From a virus, in IMG/VR virus record IMGVR_UViG_3300027852_000019: DNA of 42,365 bases; one strand, 5' to 3'. How positions within the stretch are numbered: the stretch's first letter is position 1; every line of letters begins with the position of its first letter. The notes beneath the pieces are model-generated. The model did not search any database, was not told the origin of the DNA, and saw only the letters and a list, made by a program, of their open reading frames with translations. The position numbers and the translations under genes are program-made. Shown here piece by piece: positions 1 to 6,154 of the stretch.

Positions 1-127
1 AACTCTGTGCGTAGGAATAATCTATCTGGGCGGAGACCATTACCATGAGAGTATTTAGACACTCGCTTCTGGAACTTAGGTTTAGGTATCTCAATTTGCA
101 AGGTATATACAGTCACTGGCTGAATAT
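1..127. repeat. Terminal direct repeat, left copy. Identical to 42239-42365, consistent with a circular-assembly overlap.
   Basis: Read directly: both copies start AACTCTGTGCGTAGGAATAATC and end CAGTCACTGGCTGAATAT, 127 nt each. Confidence 0.95.
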
Positions 128-314
128 CAAAGCCGAGCCAGTTCTTACCAGCGGCGAGATGGAATGCTAAGTCCATAGCTAACATTGACTTCCAGCTCTC
201 CCATCTTCCATATATAACCATCTTGGTCTGGGGTATGAGCAAGCCATCAGATATAATATATTCCTGCTTTGGTGGTTGCCATTCTAGGAAGTCATTCAAA
301 CTTTGTGCTTTCAT
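1..314 (-). CDS. N-terminal part of a wrap-around RecA/DnaB-C-terminal-like (AAA_25/RepA-like) ATPase. It continues in 41809..42365; the joined protein is 247 aa.
   Basis: The minus frame is open from ATG 314..312: MKAQSLNDFLEWQPPKQEYIISDGLLIPQTKMVIYGRWESWKSMLAMDLAFHLAAGKNWLGFDIQPVTVYTLQ... It runs off the left end and joins ORF 41809..42354 through the 127-bp overlap. The P-loop-like segment is GRWESWKS. Confidence 0.75.
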   Translation of the reverse strand, partial: MKAQSLNDFLEWQPPKQEYIISDGLLIPQTKMVIYGRWESWKSMLAMDLAFHLAAGKNWLGFDIQPVTVYTLQIEIPKPKFQKRVSKYSHGNGLRPDRLFLRTE

Positions 315-738
315 GTATTAGATTCCTGTCTTGCATTATAAATAATTCCTTCTGTTTTATATGTACTAAATCCCAGAGTTCTAGGTCATATAGTATATTG
401 CATATACCCAAATCACAAGCTTCTCGATGTTGGGGGCAGTTGTTACAACTAGGCAGATTGTCCTTAGTGTATGTAAGTTTGAGTCTTTTCTTCCACTTGC
501 TGGCAGTGGATGGGCTGATGTTTAGTTTCTTACCTACTACTGTCAAGCTGCCTTGCATTAACAAGGTTTGTATTGGCTTCTTGTGTTGTTGTTCTATCAA
601 CCTCATGTGAGTGGTTTTAGTAATCCCGTCTTGGTATGGAGTTACTTCAACTAGACGTCTGTGCTTACGAACTGCTGATTGGGATGGAGCTAGTCCGTGG
701 GATTTTAATATCTGTTCCCTGACAGATTTACTTTTCAT
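292..738 (-). CDS. Hypothetical DNA-binding protein with a helix-turn-helix-like segment.
   Basis: 148-aa ORF with SD ACAGGAGGATCT before the ATG. HTH-like segment SLTVVGKKLNISPSTASKWKKRL. C-terminal Cys cluster CNNCPQHREAC. Confidence 0.7.
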   Translation of the reverse strand: MKSKSVREQILKSHGLAPSQSAVRKHRRLVEVTPYQDGITKTTHMRLIEQQHKKPIQTLLMQGSLTVVGKKLNISPSTASKWKKRLKLTYTKDNLPSCNNCPQHREACDLGICNILYDLELWDLVHIKQKELFIMQDRNLIHESTKFE

Positions 739-1007
739 AGATCCTCCTGTATGTCTGATAATAGTTTCTGTGCTTCTGATTCTAGGTTTGCCAGGTACTC
801 TGCTACATTGTAATAGGGGACGCTTTCCTCCCTATCGTATATCAACCTGCAAAACATGCAAACCCAGCGATGGAAACTTGCGGAGAAATATGTTCTAACG
901 CTTCCACACAATGGGCAGGACATGATACCTCCAAATGCTCGGACGTGTCTAGGATGAAATATATGGTCTACTAGGTCTATGCCATCTTCGTTAACTATTT
1001 CCAACAT
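735..1007 (-). CDS. Small zinc-ribbon protein.
   Basis: 90-aa ORF overlapping its neighbours by a few nt. Two Cys pairs: CPLCGS...WVCMFC. Confidence 0.7.
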   Translation of the reverse strand: MLEIVNEDGIDLVDHIFHPRHVRAFGGIMSCPLCGSVRTYFSASFHRWVCMFCRLIYDREESVPYYNVAEYLANLESEAQKLLSDIQEDL

Positions 1008-1245
1008 TCACATCCTTTAACATACTAGCTAGTTTGGTATTCTCTCTTCCTTTAAGATAACCAGCCATGTATCCTGCCGTTATGCCAGTGAGTATTGGAG
1101 TTGTTGCCTTATTAGTCAGTTCTCCTACAAGGAACAATGGACTGTATTCACACACAAGAACTGCTATGTCTGATACCAGGTCTTCATCTACGTGTTTGGT
1201 TAGGTCTTCTGCTTCTATGATTTTAGCTAGGTCTTCTATGTTCAT
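991..1245 (-). CDS. Hypothetical protein.
   Basis: 84-aa ORF with SD TTGGAGGTAATAC before the ATG. Confidence 0.75.
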   Translation of the reverse strand: MNIEDLAKIIEAEDLTKHVDEDLVSDIAVLVCEYSPLFLVGELTNKATTPILTGITAGYMAGYLKGRENTKLASMLKDVNVGNS

Positions 1246-1265
1246 GTATTACCTCCAATTTAGTT

Positions 1266-1466
1266 TTATTTAACCTTTTTACTACCTATCATCTTAGTGT
1301 CCCATAAGGCTAGTAATATAAACCCTATACTTAATAAGATAGTTAGTATGATTATGGTAGTTTGTATCCACTCTGGTGCATTATTTATTTGTTCCTTGAA
1401 TATCTCTACTAAAAGGTAGAGTGTTATTATAATTATAGCTATTGCAGGACAAAGCCCTACTCGCAT
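1266..1466 (-). CDS. Small membrane protein with two hydrophobic helices.
   Basis: 66-aa ORF with SD TAGGAGGTATT before the ATG. Hydrophobic segments CPAIAIIIITLYLLV and TTIIILTILLSIGFILLAL. Confidence 0.75.
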   Translation of the reverse strand: MRVGLCPAIAIIIITLYLLVEIFKEQINNAPEWIQTTIIILTILLSIGFILLALWDTKMIGSKKVK

Positions 1467-1474
1467 AATACCTC

Positions 1475-1771
1475 CTATATATTGTAGATTCTTAAGTTTA
1501 ATTTTTCTATAGCATATTTGAGAGTGTTAAGTAAGTCCATTACAACATCAAATTCTTTACAACAATTCTGACTACTCACATCTTCTAAGGGACAGTTAGA
1601 GCACCTCATATATTCTAAGCAGAGTCCGCACCGTCGGTGTCCCTCTATTGATATAGTATCAATGGCTTTATATATTGACTGCCATTTCTTGAGTGAGCAG
1701 TCTTTACCAGGTATACCATTCTTAATGTCAACTTTTGCATCTTCTCCATCATAAATCTCTATTAACTTCAT
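1475..1771 (-). CDS. Cys-rich hypothetical protein.
   Basis: 98-aa ORF with SD TAGGAGGGAAAA before the ATG. Cys cluster HRRCGLCLEYMRCSNCPLEDVSSQNCC. Confidence 0.75.
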   Translation of the reverse strand: MKLIEIYDGEDAKVDIKNGIPGKDCSLKKWQSIYKAIDTISIEGHRRCGLCLEYMRCSNCPLEDVSSQNCCKEFDVVMDLLNTLKYAIEKLNLRIYNI

Positions 1772-1792
1772 TTTTCCCTCCTATGTATTGGC

Positions 1793-1854
1793 GGGAGTTC
1801 CTTGGCTGGGTCAGACAGCCAGTGAGGGAAAGGAGTAAAACCCTCGGAACTCCC
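1793..1854 (-). ncRNA. Candidate structured RNA element: a G+C-rich three-way junction in an intergenic gap.
   Basis: The outer 9-bp stem GGGAGTTCC (1793-1801) pairs with GGAACTCCC (1846-1854). Inner hairpin 1 is GGCTG/CAGCC (1804-1808/1816-1820) with a 7-nt loop. Inner hairpin 2 is GAGGG/CCCTC (1824-1828/1841-1845) with a 12-nt loop. No ORF covers it. Confidence 0.35.
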
Positions 1855-1871
1855 ATGATTTTATCTACTCC

Positions 1872-2126
1872 TTAACAGTTTTGTGGAGAAGGTTTGTGAG
1901 GTGCATCTTGTATTCCAGTTAGTGCTGGTAGTAACTCATTAGCATGGAAGCAACTGCTGGTAGCATCAATAATTTGAACAAGGTAGGGATGCCTCTTATC
2001 ACATCTACAACCTGGATTACCTGTAGTTTCAATGTCAATTACTATGCCTAACTTTCCAGCATGTATACCATTCTCATACTTACAATCTTTTCTAACCATT
2101 ACTGGGTCATCAATCTTATATTTCAT
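1872..2126 (-). CDS. Hypothetical protein with a possible SH3/KOW-like N-terminus.
   Basis: 84-aa ORF with SD ACGGAGGTATT before the ATG. N-terminal segment DPVMVRKD...GKLGIVIDIE. Confidence 0.7.
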   Translation of the reverse strand: MKYKIDDPVMVRKDCKYENGIHAGKLGIVIDIETTGNPGCRCDKRHPYLVQIIDATSSCFHANELLPALTGIQDAPHKPSPQNC

Positions 2127-2137
2127 AATACCTCCGT

Positions 2138-2314
2138 TTAATCAAGTATAAAGTATATTCCAAGAATGATAGGCACCATTATAACCATTACAATACCGAA
2201 AACTTTTGCAGCTGTAAGTATTTCTTCCCATCCAGTGGTAAAACCTATATAACTTAAGAATGTAATGACTGGAATAGCTATTAGTAAATAACCTAGTAGT
2301 TTTCTCTTATTCAT
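2138..2314 (-). CDS. Small membrane protein, 58 aa. Below the ORF-track length cutoff.
   Basis: My own translation: MNKRKLLGYLLIAIPVITFLSYIGFTTGWEEILTAAKVFGIVMVIMVPIILGIYFILD. SD GGAAGGAGGTATT before the ATG. Confidence 0.65.
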   Translation of the reverse strand: MNKRKLLGYLLIAIPVITFLSYIGFTTGWEEILTAAKVFGIVMVIMVPIILGIYFILD

Positions 2315-2327
2315 AATACCTCCTTCC

Positions 2328-2453
2328 TTAAGACATTACCAGTCCTACAAATACCAAGCTGCCAAAGAAGCTAAGCATAAAGGCAATCATCAATAGAATC
2401 CTATCTCGTTTACACATTGGTTCTCCTTCTCCTTTGAGTGTGTATCTATTCAT
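2328..2453 (-). CDS. Small membrane protein, 41 aa, or 29 aa if it starts at the internal ATG.
   Basis: My own translation: MNRYTLKGEGEPMCKRDRILLMIAFMLSFFGSLVFVGLVMS. SD GGAAGGAGAAACCA before the first ATG. A second SD, AAGGAGAAGGAGAACCA, precedes the internal ATG. Confidence 0.5.
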   Translation of the reverse strand: MNRYTLKGEGEPMCKRDRILLMIAFMLSFFGSLVFVGLVMS

Positions 2454-2497
2454 TGGTTTCTCCTTCCTCGATGTCTGCATCGAATAGCAAGAACATC

Positions 2498-2653
2498 CTA
2501 GATGTCCTTTCTAGGTAGGTATATTCCTGCTCCGTGTCCGCCTAACTCAATAAAACCATACCTAAAACCAAATCTTACACTCCTACTTTTTGTTCTTACA
2601 ATCCCACAGAATGTTCTTTTGGAATATAATCTACGTTTGATTATCTTTATCAA
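2498..2653 (-). CDS. Small basic protein, 51 aa, TTG start.
   Basis: My own translation: MIKIIKRRLYSKRTFCGIVRTKSRSVRFGFRYGFIELGGHGAGIYLPRKDI. GGAGGTAAG sits before the TTG at the same SD spacing as neighbouring genes. Confidence 0.45.
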   Translation of the reverse strand: MIKIIKRRLYSKRTFCGIVRTKSRSVRFGFRYGFIELGGHGAGIYLPRKDI

Positions 2654-2664
2654 CTTACCTCCTT

Positions 2665-2928
2665 CTATTGCCTATAAGGCAACTCTATCGCTGGAAAGAA
2701 ATGCTTTGCATCCTGTTCAGACAGCTTTACTCCATACGCTGCTACATACTCTTCTGTCCCAGCTTCGGTATAGCTTGTATCTCCGCCGATATAAGCTGCC
2801 CAGTCTATCTCTTTTGTAACTATTGCTACAATAGCTATTTGGACATAATTGCAAGCCCAAAATCGTGCCTCTAGACACAAGGTATGTTCATCTTCCTTGA
2901 ATATATGGTATGGATACACTGGTTTCAT
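2665..2928 (-). CDS. Hypothetical protein.
   Basis: 87-aa ORF with SD AGGAGGTAAT before the ATG. Confidence 0.75.
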   Translation of the reverse strand: MKPVYPYHIFKEDEHTLCLEARFWACNYVQIAIVAIVTKEIDWAAYIGGDTSYTEAGTEEYVAAYGVKLSEQDAKHFFPAIELPYRQ

Positions 2929-3230
2929 ATTACCTCCTTATTTTCTACATCTTTAAGGATGTCTAACAATTTACGAAGATGTTTAACCTCATTAATTGCA
3001 GCTTCCAATACATCCTTTTCAATAGTAGCTCTCTTGAAAAATTCCTCATCAGTCTCTATACGATATCCTTCCATTACTAGGCAGTCTCCTTTGATAATGA
3101 ACCTTGTGTCTGGAACATGGTTTCCGTTCAATAATATCTTAGCAATGCGGAAGCTATATTTACTTAGTTCAAGGACAGCTTCTCTATGTTCTGCTCCACT
3201 ACTTCCTGGTTTCTCAGTAATAAACTTCAC
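2925..3230 (-). CDS. Hypothetical protein, GTG start.
   Basis: 101-aa ORF with AGGAGGTAATACA before the GTG. It overlaps the next gene by 4 nt. Confidence 0.7.
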   Translation of the reverse strand: MKFITEKPGSSGAEHREAVLELSKYSFRIAKILLNGNHVPDTRFIIKGDCLVMEGYRIETDEEFFKRATIEKDVLEAAINEVKHLRKLLDILKDVENKEVI

Positions 3231-3556
3231 TGTATTACCTCCTTTCTATTATTCATACTTGCCAGGGACGGATGCTGCCATTTAAGGATTAAGTACTAAC
3301 CTCACAACTCATAAGAGTTTTGTTTGGTAGGCAGCCTTACCCTCTATACCAGTTTACTGGTCTATCTCCGCCTCCAGCAAGTTACCTGGCTAGTAGCTAT
3401 TTGGGACATCATTCGGGCTTAATTCCGCAGTGCATTCCAGTATTGCTACAATTTTATATCCTTCATCTATCTCAAGAGCAGACTCAATATCCCTTTCGTT
3501 ACCTCCAGGGTAGCCAGGTCATATTCAATTATTAATGTACCAACTGGACTGTCTAG

Positions 3557-3847
3557 CTAGACAAGTAATGCATCCGTTAGCTCAATTATGCAGTTGTCTC
3601 TATGTCCCTCTTCCAACGCATCCTGTGCAGTCTCAAGACTATCAACTATGTCCTGATATTTTTCTTCCAAATCCTCACGCTCGGTATCTGCTAGTTTGTC
3701 CTCATATAGTGCAATGAGATACTCTAGTTCTACTTTCCTTGCCCTTAGTTCTTCATCACTTGAATCTTTGATTCGTGTAATGAGTTTATTAATCTCTCCT
3801 TTGCTTGCCTTTACCAGACTTCGCACTCCAGCTTCATTTGCTCTCAT
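3557..3847 (-). CDS. Hypothetical acidic coiled-coil-like protein.
   Basis: 96-aa ORF with SD AAGGAGGTAAGGAC before the ATG. Rich in E/K/L heptad-like sequence. Confidence 0.75.
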   Translation of the reverse strand: MRANEAGVRSLVKASKGEINKLITRIKDSSDEELRARKVELEYLIALYEDKLADTEREDLEEKYQDIVDSLETAQDALEEGHRDNCIIELTDALLV

Positions 3848-3925
3848 GTCCTTACCTCCTTAATTTATTTAGCTACCTAGCCTACTCCTGCCTACCAATT
3901 GCTTGATAAGCAGAGTGTGGAATAG

Positions 3926-4177
3926 TTAACTACTAGCCTTGCTTCCAGAGAGTATATCGAACCCTTCTGCTATAACAGGAACAAGCTCAAAGACCTGCTC
4001 TCCTGGGATTTCTCCAGCTAGGGATGGTGATACCTCATAATAATCAGAGAATGCAACGTATGTTTTACCTTCCTTAAATAGAAAAGCAGGCTCTTCATAC
4101 GTTGAGAAAGCACCTATATCCTCCCCTATTTTAATCCGATGATTAAGATTGTGACTAAATTGATGCTGGTTTTCCAT
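3926..4177 (-). CDS. Hypothetical protein.
   Basis: 83-aa ORF with SD AAAGGAGGTAAT before the ATG. Confidence 0.75.
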   Translation of the reverse strand: MENQHQFSHNLNHRIKIGEDIGAFSTYEEPAFLFKEGKTYVAFSDYYEVSPSLAGEIPGEQVFELVPVIAEGFDILSGSKASS

Positions 4178-4198
4178 ATTACCTCCTTTATATTCTTA

Positions 4199-4633
4199 CT
4201 AATATTGTACTAACAATCTTTCTGGTATTACTCCAGCTATCATGTCTTTCCATTCTGCCTGAGTAATATGTGTAGGTACATTCAAGATTCTATATCCTCC
4301 ACTACCAACTGGTTCCCAATCCTCCGCTTCTGCTAGAATATCTCCTTCAATTAGTTTATAAGCAGCGGAGTGCACTACTCTATACCAAATACCAGAAATT
4401 TGCCCCCATCTTTCTACATATAGATCTTTTTCTACCTTATTAGTGAGTTCTCGTAATATGCGGAGTTCTCCTGTTTTCTTATAATAATCAACTCCTGTTA
4501 TTTGGTATTGGGGTATAGGCTCAGGTTCTGCTTCCTGTGCAGTACGTATCCCAGACTCAATAGTATTTAATCTTTCTATGAGCTGGTTGTACTCCAGGAT
4601 TAGTGGATGATTACCAGGTATTTTATTGCGCAT
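4199..4633 (-). CDS. Hypothetical protein.
   Basis: 144-aa ORF with SD AAGGAGGAACCAA before the ATG. Confidence 0.8.
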   Translation of the reverse strand: MRNKIPGNHPLILEYNQLIERLNTIESGIRTAQEAEPEPIPQYQITGVDYYKKTGELRILRELTNKVEKDLYVERWGQISGIWYRVVHSAAYKLIEGDILAEAEDWEPVGSGGYRILNVPTHITQAEWKDMIAGVIPERLLVQY

Positions 4634-4692
4634 TTGGTTCCTCCTTTATTATACATTCCGTACCTCTATCTCTCTCATCCTACCAATCAGCC

Positions 4693-4878
4693 TCACACTC
4701 CATGGATGATAAAGAAACTATCCCTTTGTTGTGGAGTGGTTTTTTGTTCAGTAGCATCTCGCAGTGCTTGCATTAAACGTACTATTTGTCTGTTACGGGA
4801 ATCTATTATTTCTTGTTTATGCTTCACTAGTTGCATTAGTTCCTCTTCTCTAGCAGACATCTTATATTCTTTTTCCAT
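4693..4878 (-). CDS. Hypothetical small helical protein.
   Basis: 61-aa ORF with SD GAAGGAGAATTGAA before the ATG. It is the first SD-led gene downstream of the leftward promoter at 5036..5008. Confidence 0.7.
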   Translation of the reverse strand: MEKEYKMSAREEELMQLVKHKQEIIDSRNRQIVRLMQALRDATEQKTTPQQRDSFFIIHGV

Positions 4879-5007
4879 TTCAATTCTCCTTCTTTCATAC
4901 CTTTATATCCTCTGTATTACCAGTCAGCACTCGACCTATGCTGTGAGCCATGATTATATACATCGTACCTTCTCATTGAATTTACCTGTGCTCATGGCCA
5001 TCGTCTC

Positions 5008-5036
5008 ATTATATCATACGCTATTGCCATTGTCAA
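5008..5036 (-). promoter_or_regulatory. Near-consensus sigma-A/sigma-70 promoter, leftward.
   Basis: The minus strand reads TTGACA (5036..5031), a 17-nt spacer, then TATAAT (5013..5008) preceded by TGA (extended -10). The inverted repeat GCTATTG-N7-CAATAGC (5020-5040) overlaps the -35. Confidence 0.7.
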
Positions 5037-5059
5037 TAGCCAGCCCTGGCAGCGTATGT

Positions 5060-5099
5060 CGAACGTATGATCCAAACATCCATTCTGAACGTATGTACC
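5060..5099. promoter_or_regulatory. Two degenerate Cheo/LexA-box-like sites.
   Basis: CGAACGTATGATCC (5060-5073) and TGAACGTATGTACC (5086-5099). Each GAAC-N4-GTTC core has one mismatch. Confidence 0.35.
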
Positions 5100-5183
5100 G
5101 AACATTTGTGCTACTTAACATAACGCTTGGTTCAAGGCTTATACATTTATTACGAAATTTCCTGGTATTATGTAAAGCAACCC

Positions 5184-5215
5184 GTTGACAATCCCTGGTA
5201 TATGTGCTATTATTG
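5184..5215 (+). repeat. Left copy of an imperfect direct repeat flanking the moron-like island.
   Basis: GTTGACAATCCCTGGTATATGTGCTATTATTG compared with 6155-6193 GTTGACATAACAATCCTGGGTACGGCTGCTAGTATTATG. Shared blocks: GTTGACA, ACAATCC, TGG(G)TA, TGCTA, TTAT. Confidence 0.45.
5185..5213 (+). promoter_or_regulatory. Sigma-A promoter, rightward, for ORF 5280..5882.
   Basis: TTGACA (5185-5190), a 17-nt spacer, then TATTAT (5208-5213) preceded by TGC (extended -10). Confidence 0.65.
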
Positions 5216-5279
5216 TTCTAGGCTGTAAAAGCGACAACGTTTTCAGCACATTAAAAATTGAATAAAGGACGGTGACAAC

Positions 5280-5882
5280 ATGGAAGCAAAAGCACTCGAG
5301 TCTCAAATTGTCGAGGCTCAAAAAGCACTCACCCAAGCTAGAACTGGACTCATGGCTGCATATCAAGCGAATGATACAACTCAAATCACCGAATTCGAGG
5401 GGTTTGTCGAACATGCAAAGAAGCTTGTAGCAATGGCTGAATTGGCAAGGGATAAAGCTATTGAGGAAGGCTTGGCAGGTGAGAGGGAAGCGTTAGGCAT
5501 TGCCATATTCGAGGCTATCAAGGACGTGAGCGTTAATGGCAAAAAGCTAAAGGTACAACTCGAAGCTGTCAAAGCTACAGGGTTCGCTTTCAAGCTTCCC
5601 GATGGCCAAAGCGACACAGCAAGGGTAGCATTGACGGTTCCAGGGATCCCAGGCACACACAAAGCATCAAGCGGCAATGGTGGCAATCGTGGCGAAATGC
5701 AAGCGAAATTCGGCGTAACATTGGATCAAGCGTATAATGCCTTTAAGGAACCAGAGGACGAAGCGTTATTCAATGCAGCCGAATTGCTCGAAACAAAGCC
5801 TCGCAATAGCAAGCAATGGACGATCAAAAATGCTGTAAGGAACCGTGCTATTGCTGATGGGCGATTAAGGCCAACAAGCTGA
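5280..5882 (+). CDS. Hypothetical protein: the cargo of a moron-like cassette on the opposite strand to its neighbours.
   Basis: 200-aa ORF with its own promoter and intrinsic terminator. G+C is higher than the flanks. The SD is weak and atypical (AAAGGACGG). I recognise no family. Confidence 0.8.
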   Translation: MEAKALESQIVEAQKALTQARTGLMAAYQANDTTQITEFEGFVEHAKKLVAMAELARDKAIEEGLAGEREALGIAIFEAIKDVSVNGKKLKVQLEAVKATGFAFKLPDGQSDTARVALTVPGIPGTHKASSGNGGNRGEMQAKFGVTLDQAYNAFKEPEDEALFNAAELLETKPRNSKQWTIKNAVRNRAIADGRLRPTS

Positions 5883-5896
5883 ACAATGTATAAACG

Positions 5897-5927
5897 AGGG
5901 AGCCTAGTTGTCGGGCTCCCTTTTTTA
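5897..5927 (+). terminator. Rho-independent terminator.
   Basis: AGGGAGCC (5897-5904) pairs with GGCTCCCT (5914-5921) across a 9-nt loop and is followed by a T run (5921-5926). It lies 15 nt after the stop of 5280..5882. Confidence 0.8.
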
Positions 5928-5940
5928 TTGCTCATTGAGT

Positions 5941-5954
5941 AGAACATATGTTCG
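5941..5954. promoter_or_regulatory. Near-perfect Gram-positive LexA (Cheo) box.
   Basis: AGAACATATGTTCG contains the perfect 12-bp palindrome GAACATATGTTC (5942-5953). The Cheo consensus is CGAACRNRYGTTYC. The box lies between TTGAGT (5935-5940) and TATATA (5957-5962) on the plus strand, and directly after a minus-strand TATAAT (5960..5955). Confidence 0.6.
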
Positions 5955-6154
5955 ATTATATATGCCGATTGCTGATAATGCCACGAGCTTTGAGCTATGA
6001 TAGCCAATCGTGCCTTGAAATACATTGCTTACATAGCCTTTGAACATTGCCATGTACAATCGCACACATCATTATTTACACACGCTTTAAATTGCCTTAC
6101 AATGCGAGCCGATGTATGAGCGATGTATAGGCATGGAACCAAATACATTGGTTG

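Noticed and set aside
1-127. The terminal repeat as T7-like direct terminal repeats.
   Set aside because: A coding sequence runs continuously through the junction, and the length equals a common maximum assembler k-mer. An assembly overlap is more parsimonious, but this cannot be excluded without reads.
1793-1854. The Y-shaped element as a tRNA or a hammerhead ribozyme.
   Set aside because: It has only two internal arms and no T-loop GTTCRANYC or D-arm. The junctions lack the hammerhead CUGAUGA and GAAA cores on either strand.
2498-3559. Possible TAG read-through or stop-codon reassignment. Frames stay open for 15-30 codons after the TAG stops of 2498..2653 and 3557..3847.
   Set aside because: TAG terminates many well-defined genes in this genome, including the capsid, scaffold, 643-aa fibre-like and TerS-like genes. 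Long ORFs such as the 2104-aa gene are intact under the standard code, so there is no evidence of recoding.
5139-6025. Minus-strand ORFs 5139..5414, 5381..5686 and 5726..6025, which overlap the moron-like gene.
   Set aside because: They have no SD. They are antisense to an ORF that has its own promoter and terminator. Their sequences are Ser/Ala/Leu-rich, as expected from the reverse frame of a G+C-richer gene.
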